Shown: positions 1 to 9,957 of the stretch, one piece after another | Numbering within the stretch: position 1 is the stretch's first letter | Layout of the letters: every line of letters starts with the position of its first letter | Assembly (NCBI GenBank): GCA_965237415.1 | Contig: CBDEFM010000002.1 | Coordinates: 1,664,001-1,728,000 of the forward strand | Length of the DNA stretch: 64,000 bases | DNA from: Alphaproteobacteria bacterium | GTDB taxonomy: Bacteria > Pseudomonadota > Alphaproteobacteria > UBA828 | Direction: 5' to 3' | Position numbers and translations under genes: made by a program | Notes under the pieces: model-generated | Database searches by the model: none | What the model was told of the DNA's origin: nothing | Seen by the model: the letters and a program-made list of their open reading frames with translations, nothing else

Positions 1-1021
1 GGCCCTTGCTGATGAGCCCGCCGCTCGGGTTGATCGGCATGCGGCCTTCGAGCGCAGTGACGCCATCCCTGAGCAGCCCGACGGCATCGCCGGGGGGACA
101 GAAACCGAGCTGCTCGGAGAGCATCAGCTCCGCCGGCGCGGCGGCGTCATGGATCTCGGCTACGCTGATGTCCTCGGGCCCGAGCCCCGCCGTCTCGTAG
201 GCGGCCCGCGCCGCAACTTCGGCCACCGGCGGCGCCTCCGGATCGTCGCCCTGGCCGGAGCGCAGCTCGCTGGCGAGCACCGCGACAGGGTTCACCGCCT
301 TGCGCTGGGCGTAGTCCTCGCTCATCAGCACCAGCGCGGCGGCGCCGTCGCCGATCGGCGAGCACATCATCAGCGTAAGGGGCTCCGCGATCATGCGGCT
401 CACCAGCACGTCCTCGACCGTGACCGCCTCCTGAAACTGCGCCTTCCCGTTGAGCGCACCGGCCCGGCGCTGCTTGACCGAGACCCGCGCGTAATCGGCA
501 GGCGTCGCGCCGGTCCGCTCCGCAAAGTCCCGAGCGAGGTTCGAATAGAGATCCATGAAGACCGAGCCCGAGCCGGCACCGCCGGGGGCGATCCGCTTCT
601 TGAGTTCCTCGAACTCGTCGCGGTCCGCCGCCGCCTCCAGTGCCTTGAGCGGCACTGTCCTGTCCTCGTTGCTCATCTTCTCGGCGCCGACCGCGAGCGC
701 CACATCGCACTGGCCGGAGCCCACGGCCAGCACCGCCAGATGAAACGCGGTGGATGACGAGGCGCAGGCGTTCTCGACATTGACGATCGGCTTGCCGAGC
801 AGCCCGGTATGACGCAGCGCGACCTGGCCGCGCACGCATTCCTGCGCGCCGAGCAGCCCGCCCGCCGCATTGCCGAAGAAGACTATGCCGACCTCGTCGG
901 CCGCGGTGTCCGCGTCGGCAAGTGCCGCCGTCGCGGCTTCTGCGGCGAGCGCGCGCAGGTTCGTCTCCAGGAACTTGCCGAACCGGGTCATCCCGGTCCC
1001 GCCGATCATCACCTTGCGCAT
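1..1021 (-). CDS. SCP2/lipid-transfer-type thiolase family protein (3' end runs off window)
   Basis: Own translation from ATG at 1021: MRKVMIGGTGMTRFGKF...VENACASSSTA...CSPIGDGAAALVL...EIHDA...NPSGGLISKG; absent from the ORF track because there is no stop inside the window. Confidence 0.9.
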   Translation of the reverse strand, partial: MRKVMIGGTGMTRFGKFLETNLRALAAEAATAALADADTAADEVGIVFFGNAAGGLLGAQECVRGQVALRHTGLLGKPIVNVENACASSSTAFHLAVLAVGSGQCDVALAVGAEKMSNEDRTVPLKALEAAADRDEFEELKKRIAPGGAGSGSVFMDLYSNLARDFAERTGATPADYARVSVKQRRAGALNGKAQFQEAVTVEDVLVSRMIAEPLTLMMCSPIGDGAAALVLMSEDYAQRKAVNPVAVLASELRSGQGDDPEAPPVAEVAARAAYETAGLGPEDISVAEIHDAAAPAELMLSEQLGFCPPGDAVGLLRDGVTALEGRMPINPSGGLISKG

Positions 1022-1058
1022 GTCATTCCTCCGAAAACGCTGCCCGCGACGGCACGCC

Positions 1059-2051
1059 TCAGGCCGTAAAGCCGAGAGAGGCGCGGAAGGCGCTCGCCGC
1101 GCCCCTGGCCTGCTCGGCGGCGTTCGCGTTGTCGGGCAACGCGGCGCAATAGGCGCCGATGGCGGCATCGCCGAGCGGTGCCCATTTGGCGACCCAGTCC
1201 GCCATCGTGGCCGCGTTGCCTTCCGTCCCGCGCGCGAATTCGACGAGCGCGCCGGTCCAACGCCGAGACCGCTCGCTGTCCTCCCACTGGGCATCCAGCA
1301 TCTGGGCCAGCAGCGTGTCGCGGCTAGCCCGTGCCGAGCGGACGAGCTGGCGGATGCACGCCTCGTCGAAGGCCGGTTTGGCGACGATGTTGAGGGCGAT
1401 GAAGTGCTCCGCCCAATCGTAGGTGGCGAGGACACGCTCCAGCAGTTCGCGGAAGCCCTGCCAGCAAGGGGCCTCCTCCCACGCCTTGCACTCGCCCGTG
1501 ACGAAGCCCGCATCGGCGTGGGCGTTGGCAAGTTCCCTGGTGCGGTAGGCGACTCGCGAGACCCAGCGGAGCTGATCGGCGGCCTGGAACATGGTGCAAT
1601 TCTCGATCGTGCTCGCCGGCACGATCTGCACCAGGTAGGCCGAGCCCATCTGCAGGCAGTGGAGCGGATAGCGCGTTGGCGTGTAGAGCCGCGCCAGCGC
1701 CGCCACCCAGTCCGCGTCCAGGCTGCCGTCGTGGGCGTTCTTCGCATGATCGCGGAGCAGGCCGTCGACATAGGTCTCGTGCCCGTCCTGCATTACGTTG
1801 TAGGAGCGGTAGACCACCTCGTCCGGGTCGCGGAAGGCGTCCCAGTCGTCGTGCTTGAGCGGCGAGTTGTTGCGGTATCGGAGATACCACTTGTTCATGT
1901 CGATGTCGGGCGAGAGCGCCCACGGCATCTCGTCGTCGGTGCTCCAGAGCAGGTTGGTCGAGACGATCTCGTACTCGCTCGGCCTGCGCCGCTTGCCGGC
2001 GAGGTGGCTCCAGGTCTTCAACGGCTTCAACAGGTCGGACTGATCGCTCAT
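1059..2051 (-). CDS. Soluble di-iron (toluene/aromatic/alkene) monooxygenase hydroxylase beta subunit, TmoE/TouE-like
   Basis: N-terminus KPLKTWSHLAGKRRRPSEYEIVS, plus WDAFRDPDEVVYRSY and FQAADQLRW, resemble TmoE-type beta subunits; start taken at MSDQ (2051). Confidence 0.85.
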   Translation of the reverse strand: MSDQSDLLKPLKTWSHLAGKRRRPSEYEIVSTNLLWSTDDEMPWALSPDIDMNKWYLRYRNNSPLKHDDWDAFRDPDEVVYRSYNVMQDGHETYVDGLLRDHAKNAHDGSLDADWVAALARLYTPTRYPLHCLQMGSAYLVQIVPASTIENCTMFQAADQLRWVSRVAYRTRELANAHADAGFVTGECKAWEEAPCWQGFRELLERVLATYDWAEHFIALNIVAKPAFDEACIRQLVRSARASRDTLLAQMLDAQWEDSERSRRWTGALVEFARGTEGNAATMADWVAKWAPLGDAAIGAYCAALPDNANAAEQARGAASAFRASLGFTA

Positions 2052-2298
2052 GGGATGGTCACCGTCGCCGTGGCTTGTTCGCCGCGTGGGCGCGCGCCGG
2101 GCGTGGCGATTGTCCCCATCCGCCCGGACGCACGCAAGGCTGCTTCCATGGGCCGAAGCGGAGGAAGCGATTCGCACCTGTTCGCTATAAGAGATAATTA
2201 TAGATATCCAACACAAATACTCATTGGTCTCTTACTGGATGTATCGCCTATATGGATTGCGTCCGGCTTCTCAAGACGCCCATTTTCGGAGGAGAGGG

Positions 2299-3327
2299 AT
2301 GAGCCTTACGAAGATTGCCGGAGCCCTCGCGGTGGCCGGCGCGGTGACGTTTGCGGCCGGGCTTCAGAGCCAGGCCGCAACGCTCGACGATGTGAGGGCC
2401 GACGACCGGCTCAGATGCGGCATCAATCCGGGTCTGCCGGGCTTCTCCCATACCGACGACAGGGGCAGGTGGTCGGGATTCGAGGCGGCTTATTGCCGGG
2501 CGCTGGCCGCCGCCGTGCTGGGCGATGCGGAGAAGATCTCGTTCGTCACCCTGACCGGGAAGACGCGATTCCCGGCCTTGGCCTCCGGAGAAGTCGACAT
2601 CCTGTCGCGCAACACCACATGGACCTACTCGCGCGATGTCGACCTCGGCTTCACCTTCATCGGCATCAACTACTATGACGGCCAGGGCTTCCTCGGCCGC
2701 CGGGAGCTCGGCGTGGAGAGCGCCATCGAGCTCGACGGCGCCTCGGTCTGCATCCAGACCGGCACGACCACCGAGCTCAACCTCGCGGACTTCTTCCGCG
2801 TCAACGGCATCGGCTACGAGCCTGTGCCGCTCGAGACCAATGCGGAGGCCCGCGCGGCCTACGAGGCGGAGCGCTGCGATGTCTACACGACGGACGTTTC
2901 GGGCCTCGCGGCGACGAAGTCGACCTTCGACGACCCGGACGCGCACGTGATTTACCCGCAAATCATCTCGAAGGAGCCGCTGGGTCCCCTGGTACGCCAG
3001 GGCGACGACCAGTGGGCGGACATCGCACGCTGGGTGCTGAACGCGCTGATCACGGCCGAGGAGCTCGGCGTGACCCAGGCGAACGTGGCGGAGATGGCGA
3101 AGGGGACCGACCATCCCGAGATCAACCGGATGCTGGGGACGGAAGGCTCGCTCGGCGAGATGCTGGGCCTCGATGCCAAGTGGGCGGTGCGCGCGATTGC
3201 GGCGGAGGGCAACTACGCCGAGATCTTCGAGAAGTACCTTGGCGCCGGCAGCCCGCTCGGCCTGCCGCGCGGCTTCAGCGCCCTCTACAGCGACGGTGGC
3301 ATCCTTTACTCACCCCCGTTCCGCTAA
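2299..3327 (+). CDS. aapJ: General L-amino acid ABC transporter substrate-binding protein (AapJ/BztA-like)
   Basis: Signal peptide; RFPALASGEVDILSRNTTWT, YYDGQGF, ISKEPLGP and GGILYSPPFR motifs; GGAGAGGG RBS before ATG 2299. Confidence 0.88.
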   Translation: MSLTKIAGALAVAGAVTFAAGLQSQAATLDDVRADDRLRCGINPGLPGFSHTDDRGRWSGFEAAYCRALAAAVLGDAEKISFVTLTGKTRFPALASGEVDILSRNTTWTYSRDVDLGFTFIGINYYDGQGFLGRRELGVESAIELDGASVCIQTGTTTELNLADFFRVNGIGYEPVPLETNAEARAAYEAERCDVYTTDVSGLAATKSTFDDPDAHVIYPQIISKEPLGPLVRQGDDQWADIARWVLNALITAEELGVTQANVAEMAKGTDHPEINRMLGTEGSLGEMLGLDAKWAVRAIAAEGNYAEIFEKYLGAGSPLGLPRGFSALYSDGGILYSPPFR

Positions 3328-3353
3328 AAGGCGACGCCCACCGGGCGGTGCGC

Positions 3354-4732
3354 TGTCGAGAACAATCTGAGTTGGCCGGTTTATGTACCATATGGATTGA
3401 CCGCTTCTGTTGCGGTTGCTGGCCCTGTGGGGAAGTGCTCGGGCGCGGCGCGGCTGTCCACTTGTCCACAGGGCATCGGCCGGTCGCGTCGAAGCGTCTC
3501 ATGCGGCCTGCCGGGTTGGGGTGTCGATCGGTTGGCCATCGGCGTGGTATCGCGCCAGACATCGCGGTCCATGGAAGACGGCCATTGTGCCGTCGGGGTA
3601 TTCGTGGACGCGGATCCTGGCCTTGACGTAATGGCGGCGGTGGCGGCCGGCGGGGATCTGAAGTTCCAGGCGCTTGTAGCGCACCGTGTTGTCGTTCGAG
3701 ACGGTGCGCTCCTCGTGGATGCAGAGGATGTCGTCGAGCGCGCCTGCGAAGGGCACGAAGGCGCTGCCCTGGTCCTCGGCCGGGGCCGCGAAGCGGGCGT
3801 TGTGTTGTGGCAGGAAGAGCTCCTTGAGGAAGCGGTTGGCCTCGGCGATCTCGGTGATGCCGGCGAGCCTGAGTTCCTGGGGCAGGCGTTTCTGCAGGGT
3901 CCCGAACATGCGCTCGGAGCGCCCCCTGGCCTCGGGCGAATAGGCCGCGATCAGCTCGATGTCGAGCTGCTGAAGCGCACGGCCGACCTGGGTCGGGGTG
4001 TCCTTGTCCACCGTGCCGCCGGCCTCGGGCGTGTTCCAGTAGTGGCTGGCGCGGTCGGCGTAGAACGAGCAGAACAGGCCCTTGGCCCGGATCGCCTCGG
4101 ACACCCCCTGGAAGCTCGACATGGTGCCCTCTTCGGCGACGAAGAAGGCCGAGTAGATATCGCCGGTCGCATCGTCCATGGTGACGATCAGGTCCCACCA
4201 TCGACCGGGGACCCACGCGTGGCTCGAGCCGTCCTGATGCAGCATCATGCCGGGGAGCGCACGGCGCGGCCGCTTGCGCCGGTGCGCCCCACGCCTGGGC
4301 GCCGCGCGCCTGCGCCCGTGGGCTTGCAAGCTCAGCCGCAGCCAGTTGTAGCTGCGCTTGAAGCCGTGATCGGCCACCAGCTTCTCGTGGAAGTGCTTGG
4401 CCGTGAAGTCCCAGTAGCGGGTGTCGAACAACTCCAGCACCCGCGCCACCTCGTCCGCCGGCGCGCGCCGCGCCGAGAGGCGGCCCAGGCGGCGGTCGTA
4501 GAGACCCTCCGCGCCTTCCGCCTCGTAGCGATCGCGCCAGCGCCGGAAGGTGCGCTCCGAGACACCCAGAACCTCCGCCGCCTCCGCCTGGCTCAAGCCA
4601 CCCCGATGGGTGCGCCCGTAAACCTCCTCGAACTTCATCAATCTCAGTCCCTGTACCTGCTCCGTCCGACGCATCGCCGCCCTCCATGGCTTGGAGGCGT
4701 TCTAAAACCGGACAGATCGCGTGTTACCGACA
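3354..4732 (-). mobile_element. ISNCY/IS1202-like insertion sequence
   Basis: Ends TGTCGAGAACAATCTGAGTTGGCCGGTTT (3354) and, in reverse complement, TGTCGGTAACACGCGATCTGTCCGGTTTT (4732) form imperfect IRs around the transposase; no clear TSD. Confidence 0.75.
3499..4674 (-). CDS. ISNCY/IS1202-like DDE transposase
   Basis: N-terminal HTH (LSQAEAAEVLGVSERTFRRW); DDE core LHQDGSSH, MDDATG, FYADRASHY, SPEARGRSERMFGTLQKRL. Confidence 0.9.
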   Translation of the reverse strand: MRRTEQVQGLRLMKFEEVYGRTHRGGLSQAEAAEVLGVSERTFRRWRDRYEAEGAEGLYDRRLGRLSARRAPADEVARVLELFDTRYWDFTAKHFHEKLVADHGFKRSYNWLRLSLQAHGRRRAAPRRGAHRRKRPRRALPGMMLHQDGSSHAWVPGRWWDLIVTMDDATGDIYSAFFVAEEGTMSSFQGVSEAIRAKGLFCSFYADRASHYWNTPEAGGTVDKDTPTQVGRALQQLDIELIAAYSPEARGRSERMFGTLQKRLPQELRLAGITEIAEANRFLKELFLPQHNARFAAPAEDQGSAFVPFAGALDDILCIHEERTVSNDNTVRYKRLELQIPAGRHRRHYVKARIRVHEYPDGTMAVFHGPRCLARYHADGQPIDTPTRQAA

Positions 4733-4749
4733 GCAGCGAGGACCGCCGC

Positions 4750-4778
4750 TTGACCCTGTGTCGCCGCCTCCCTATCGT
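4750..4778 (+). promoter_or_regulatory. Putative sigma70 promoter of tRNA-Lys
   Basis: TTGACC-17 bp-TATCGT just upstream of the tRNA. Confidence 0.5.
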
Positions 4779-4791
4779 TTCGCGCCGCGGC

Positions 4792-4866
4792 GCGCCCGTA
4801 GCTCAGTGGTAGAGCATCTGACTTTTAATCAGAGGGTCCCTGGTTCGAACCCAGGCGGGCGTACCA
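4792..4866 (+). tRNA. tRNA-Lys(TTT)
   Basis: GCGCCCG/CGGGCGT acceptor stem, anticodon loop CTTTTAA, GTTCGAA T-loop, encoded CCA. Confidence 0.97.
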
Positions 4867-4914
4867 ACAAATTCAATCATTTCGCGGATTTTCAGGAGAG
4901 TCGCAAAGCGACCA

Positions 4915-4936
4915 TGTCAGCACGGTGTCAGCACGG
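4915..4936 (+). repeat. Tandem direct repeat TGTCAGCACGG x2 downstream of tRNA-Lys (possible integrase arm-type site)
   Basis: Perfect 11-bp duplication about 50 bp after the tRNA 3' end, following an AT-rich AAATTCAATCATTT tract. Confidence 0.5.
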
Positions 4937-5056
4937 CGCGGCCATCCTGCGGAACGGGGATCACGGGCAACACGGCAGCGGATCCTTCCTTACCTAGCCG
5001 CAACCCGAGGTTCGCCGCCCGGGCGCCGCTATGCCAAGCAATTGGAGCGGCGACTA

Positions 5057-5871
5057 GGGCCTGTTCACACTAACGCAGTGCATCGCATATGAGCGCGAAG
5101 AGGATGAACCCGAGGAAGATCACGTCGAGCTTCTCGAATCGAGAGAAGATTCGGCGGAAGCCCTTGAGGCGTCGGAACAGGCGCTCGATTTCGTTGCGCC
5201 GCCTGTACATCTCCCGGTTGTATACCCAGGGGTCGCGCCGGGTCTTGAGCGGCGGAACCACGGGTGTGAAGCCGAGGTCGAGCGCCAGTTGGCGTGTCTC
5301 GTTGCCTTCGTACGCGCGGTCCATGATCAGACAGGGCTGGTGCGGTTGCGCGCCGAGGCGCTGGAGCAGCTTGCGCCCTTCGGGAGCATCGTGGGCCTGT
5401 CCGGGCGACAGCGAGAACGTTATGGCCGTCCGGGCATCCGCGGCAACCATATGAAGCTTGGTGGTCCAGCCGCCTCGGGATCTGCCGATCGACTGCGGTC
5501 CGTTTTTTTTAGCGCCCCAGTCCCGTCGGGATGCACCTTGACGATGGTGCTGTCCAGCGACAGCGCTTCGAGCTTGATGCGCACGATCTGTTCTCGTTGC
5601 AGCTGTTCGAAGACCCGGTCGAGGACGCCGTTCTTCGACCAGCGGTTCATGCGCATGTAAATGGTGTGCCAATTGCCGAAGTGACTGGGCAAGCCGCGCC
5701 ATTTGCAGCCATGCTCCGCCACGTACAGGATGGCGTTGAGCACCTGCAGGTTCGACAGGCTGACGTTGCCGCGTTGCACCGGAAGGTACGGGGCAATGCG
5801 AGCGTATTGGGCTTCCGTGATCTCCATCCGAGAATGATAACACGATTCGCATAATTAGCGTGAACAGGCCC
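5057..5871 (-). mobile_element. IS5 family (IS427-group-like) element with two overlapping ORFs
   Basis: IRs GGGCCTGTTCACACTAA / TTAGCGTGAACAGGCCC, each flanked by TA within CTAG. Confidence 0.9.
5070..5827 (-). CDS. IS5-family transposase (orfA 5420-5827 plus orfB ending at 5070; probable programmed frameshift at the A8 run near 5503-5510)
   Basis: orfA LNAILYVAEHGCKWRGLP...GNWHTIY..DSTIVKVH; orfB IGRSRGGWTTKLH, MDRAYE, YRRRNEIERLFRRLKGFRRI. Confidence 0.88.
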
Positions 5872-6976
5872 TAGACGAGGCCGCGCCGGGTCGATTGCAT
5901 GGCGGCTGTGAACAATAGTATCGGACGTCACCAAGCGCGTGACGTTGCAGGACGGCCCGGACGGTTCGAGTTGATAACCACCAGTCAACCCCGTCGGGAA
6001 CCTCGCGCGTCCCATGAACCGCGCGGAGTGAAGAGCCGGGGCGCCCGACCCTACCTCGATCCAGCCTCCCGCCTCCCCTGCATCTCAGGGGCCTCGCCAG
6101 GTCACCTCAACCGTGGCGGCGTCGCCACCGCTCCTTCTACGCTCAGACCCCACCACCCCGTGCGGGCAGGTCAACCGAGGCGGCAGCGTGGGCTAAACGT
6201 CGTCTCGTTACAGTTACCCGGACAACGCCCACCACTCACATAATGATTTAGACCCCCAAGCGGCCTTCATACCTTACTACATTATCCCACCAAGGAGTTG
6301 TTTTACTGGACGCCAGCCCAGCAGACCTTACCATTCGCCAAACTGAACTAGGGCCACTCTCCCCAATATACATGTCGCAGAGGAGAAAAACCGCCCTATT
6401 TGGGAAAACGACGTGTCGAGAGCCGTATTACTACTATCCCGTTTGGCCGATACTGGCCAGTACTCAGACGACTCAGGTCTGCGTTATTTCGGTACACCAA
6501 CGATGCTCTATACTCAAGAGCTTCCCCTTTTGTTAGTGCAGTACTATAGACCCGATCGAATATCCGTATTTGTCATTACAATATCATAACATGTCCTCCA
6601 TAACTCTCAATGTCTCGCTACTGTCAGTCAGTTACACTTGACCTATCTCACTTTCGTACATACCGTAACTGCGCGTATGGTTGGACATGCTTCTCTCTTT
6701 CGGTGGGTTACAATGCCCCGAGACACCGTGCGTCCTAAGTTACTAAGCTACACATCTGGTGAATTGTCCGACACGGATATGAAAACATATATTGGATTAT
6801 TGTGCCGACACATTCAACCACATTACGCCGAAAACGACAATACCCAATTATCCTGAGATTTTGAAAATAACCAAAGGACGGAGACAGGCAGCCGTAAACA
6901 ATCGAACTCCTCAGGCTTTTCGTGCGAGTCTCAATGTCACTGTTCGCCCGCATGTACTCAGAGAAAACTCCTACAA

Positions 6977-7843
6977 ATGCCTGTTAACGTAAGCGGTCCT
7001 TTGGTAAGCATAATCGTGCCGGTCCACAATACGGCCGCTTCCCTTCACAGGGCACTGAGGTCCGTGCTTAGCCAGACACTGACTGATTATGAACTCATAT
7101 TAGTGGATGATTGCTCTGCAGACGAGAGTATTAGAATGTTAAAGAAGTATGGCGAGCTCGATGAGCGAGTGAGGCTTTTTTCGACCTCCAGGAACAGCGG
7201 CCCTGGGGCAGCGCGTAACGTCGGTCTCAAGAATGCACGTGGACGGTACATCGCGTTTTTGGATGCAGATGATTTTTGGGTGAGCAACAAACTAGAACTG
7301 CAAATTCGATCCTTTGAAGACGATAAAGTAATATTATCTCACACAAGAGTGGTCCTTCTTAACACACGGGGCGATATAGTGGGAATTGTAAACGGCCGGA
7401 AGAAAATGCATTTGTTTGACATGTACGTTGGAAATCGCGTTACCATGAGCAGTGCAATGATTCGGAGAAACGTGGTTGGCGGGCAAGAAATGCCAAGACT
7501 ACGAAACCGTGAGGATTATGCGTATTGGATATCTCTACTGCAGCGTAACGATGGTTATATTACGTGTGTTCCTGAAGTCTTGGTTGGGTATGTCAAAATG
7601 CCAGGGTCAGTATCGTCGAATATTTTGCGGAACGTCGTGGATACTTACCGAATGTACGTCTCAGAAGTGGGCATGAGTCCGGTAAAGGCTGTGATGTTGG
7701 TGGTGGTATTCTCCTGCTTTAAATTTTATAAGGAGGTGAAGGCGAGATTTAATTGGATGCTTTTATCGCAATACGAGAAAATGAATCTAAAGACGTCTAT
7801 TGACCTCTATTGGAATTGGGATAAGCAAGGAGAAAGGCCATAG
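6977..7843 (+). CDS. Glycosyltransferase family 2 (TuaG-like)
   Basis: VSIIVPVHN, ILVDDCSAD, GAARNVGL, IAFLDADDFW, REDYAYW; visibly AT-richer than the surrounding genes. Confidence 0.92.
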   Translation: MPVNVSGPLVSIIVPVHNTAASLHRALRSVLSQTLTDYELILVDDCSADESIRMLKKYGELDERVRLFSTSRNSGPGAARNVGLKNARGRYIAFLDADDFWVSNKLELQIRSFEDDKVILSHTRVVLLNTRGDIVGIVNGRKKMHLFDMYVGNRVTMSSAMIRRNVVGGQEMPRLRNREDYAYWISLLQRNDGYITCVPEVLVGYVKMPGSVSSNILRNVVDTYRMYVSEVGMSPVKAVMLVVVFSCFKFYKEVKARFNWMLLSQYEKMNLKTSIDLYWNWDKQGERP

Positions 7844-7995
7844 CCGAGTGTCTGCGCTGTTCGAAGAAATCTGGACGATGGCGGCCTCAAGGAAGTGTGC
7901 AGAGATAGCGTCTATAGCGGTGGTGTGTATAGAGATGGATATCACCTGACATTGCCGCCCCTGTGTAGCCGGTTTGCGGCCGCAGCGCCCCAACT

Positions 7996-8751
7996 CTATG
8001 CCGCGTTCTTATATTCCTGCAGCACCTCGTCGATCGGCCCGCGAGCCTCGACTCTTCCCGCGTCGAGCAGGACGCCCGTGGTGCAGACGCGCTGGAGAAG
8101 GCCTACATTCTGGGATGCGAGCACCAAAATTCCGGCACACTCTACGAACTCCTCGAGCCGGCGCTTTGCTTTCTCGACGAAGGCGCGGTCGCCCATGCCC
8201 AACCATTCGTCCATCAACAGGATCTCGGGCTCGAAGCAGGTGCAGACGGCAAAGGCGAGCCGCAGCCGCATACCCGCCGAATATGTATGCACCGGCATCG
8301 CCAGATAGTCGCCAAGCTCGGTGAACGCCGCGATCTCGTCCATACGCTCGCGCACCTGCTCCGGCATCAGTCCCAGGAAGAGCCCCCGGGTCATGATGTT
8401 CTCGTAGCCCGTCGCTTCCGAATTGATACCGAGCGACACGCTCAGCAGCGAAGCCGTTCGGCCGTGTCGATAAACGCGACCGTGCGCGGGTTCATAGGCA
8501 CCCGCGAGCACGCGCAGCAGCGTCGTCTTGCCAGCGCCGTTGGGGCCGACAAGACCGACCCGATCACCGTGCTTGAACGCGAGACTCACGTCTTCGAGCG
8601 CACGCACCCACAGCCGTCTGCCGGCGCCGCGCGCGATGCGCCCGCCCGTGCCGTGATGCAGCAATCGATTCTTCAGCGAGCGCGTATTGGTGCTGTAGAC
8701 GGGGAAGTCGACCGTGACCGACTCGAGCCGAAGGCTGACCGCGGCGCTCAT
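7996..8751 (-). CDS. wzt: Polysaccharide export ABC transporter ATP-binding protein (Wzt/RfbB-like)
   Basis: GPNGAGKTT, YSAGMRLRLAF, ILLMDEWLG; start MSAAV overlaps the wzm stop. Confidence 0.9.
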   Translation of the reverse strand: MSAAVSLRLESVTVDFPVYSTNTRSLKNRLLHHGTGGRIARGAGRRLWVRALEDVSLAFKHGDRVGLVGPNGAGKTTLLRVLAGAYEPAHGRVYRHGRTASLLSVSLGINSEATGYENIMTRGLFLGLMPEQVRERMDEIAAFTELGDYLAMPVHTYSAGMRLRLAFAVCTCFEPEILLMDEWLGMGDRAFVEKAKRRLEEFVECAGILVLASQNVGLLQRVCTTGVLLDAGRVEARGPIDEVLQEYKNAA

Positions 8752-9704
8752 ACCCAGTAGGCGATCCGCCAGCGATAGCGGCGGAAGAACGCGAACGCCA
8801 AGACCCAGCCCCCGATCGTCATGCTCAGCACCGCGATCCAGGAGGAGAGCCCCGGCACCTCCCCCAGCAGCGGCGCCCGCACCACCTCGACCAGATGGTA
8901 GAAGGGGTTGAATTCCAGCACCATGGCGCGCTGCGGGACGAGCTCCGGCATCCAGATGATCGGAGTCACAAAGAAGCAGATGCGTACGATGCTCGCCACG
9001 ATCGGCGGCACGTCGCGGAAGCGGGCCGAGACGATGCCGAACAGCAGGACCGCCCAAATGCCGTTGAGGCAGAGGAGCACGAGACCCGGCAGGGCGAGAA
9101 GGCCGGCCCAGCCCGGCCAGACCCCGAAAACAGCGGCCACGACGACGAAGACCAAGGCATTGTGAAAAAGGATGAGGAGGTTACGCCAGAGCAGGCGATA
9201 CACGTGGACGGAGAGCGGCAACCCCACTTGCTTGATTATGCTCTCCGCATTGATGAACACTTGGCAGCCGTCGGTGATGACGCCGGAGATCAGCGCCCAT
9301 ACGATGAAGCCGAGCGCGAGGAACGGCACATACTCCGCGATCTCGACCTGGAGCAGCATTCCATAGAGAAAACCCAGCGCGCTCACCAACGCGCCCATGC
9401 TCAGCGTCAGCCAGAACGGTCCCAGCACGGAGCGCCGATAGCGCTGCCGGATATCTCGCCAGCCGAGCAGGTACCACAGGTGATGCGCTCGCACGCCCTG
9501 TACGAGATCGAAGAGAGCTAGCGCGGTCTGCGACGGAGCCGGCGCCAGGCTCGATTTCGAGGCATCGTCGAAGACCTGCGCTGCCGCTTCCTCGCCCGCC
9601 CCCGCCGGACGAGCGCCCGCATCCACTCGCGATGTTGGCAATGCCGCCCCTCTCACTGCCGCGCGGGACCGAGGCCGCGACCACCCCGTCGGCCCCTTCC
9701 ACAC
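8748..9704 (-). CDS. wzm: Polysaccharide export ABC transporter permease (Wzm-like); start uncertain
   Basis: DIRQRYRRSVLGPFW, ARFRDVPPIV, FFVTPIIW, NPFYHLVEVVRAPLLG. Confidence 0.88.
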   Translation of the reverse strand: MWKGPTGWSRPRSRAAVRGAALPTSRVDAGARPAGAGEEAAAQVFDDASKSSLAPAPSQTALALFDLVQGVRAHHLWYLLGWRDIRQRYRRSVLGPFWLTLSMGALVSALGFLYGMLLQVEIAEYVPFLALGFIVWALISGVITDGCQVFINAESIIKQVGLPLSVHVYRLLWRNLLILFHNALVFVVVAAVFGVWPGWAGLLALPGLVLLCLNGIWAVLLFGIVSARFRDVPPIVASIVRICFFVTPIIWMPELVPQRAMVLEFNPFYHLVEVVRAPLLGEVPGLSSWIAVLSMTIGGWVLAFAFFRRYRWRIAYWV

Positions 9705-9905
9705 GCTCTCGGAGACCTGCTGCGCCGCGGACTCTAGCGAAACCGCTTATCGTATCAAGCGTGCATGCATGCTTTGGCGGTGCCCAAGCGCGAGAGGTTG
9801 GTTCCCAGCAGGGCTGGCCCGGTCTATCGATCAGAAGAGACGGGGCTCGACGGGGAGCCCGCACGTTGGCCAGTCGGAATGGCCTTCGGCACCCACGGCG
9901 AACAT

Positions 9906-9950
9906 CCCCCCGCTCCTCCCGTGGGACGAGAGGGCCGGCGTGAAGGGGGG
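9906..9950. repeat. Degenerate palindromic intergenic repeat, related to the element at 57431-57543
   Basis: GAGAGGGCCGGCGTGAAGGGGGGG resembles the reverse complement of CCCCACCTCACCCCGGCCCTCTCC. Confidence 0.4.
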
Positions 9951-9957
9951 GCGTCGC

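Noticed and set aside
870-2678. Long alternative-frame ORFs (602 aa here; similarly 58627-61335, 52585-54453, 54439-56331, 27896-29464)
   Set aside because: They are shadow ORFs of real genes in high-GC DNA, with no recognisable motifs.
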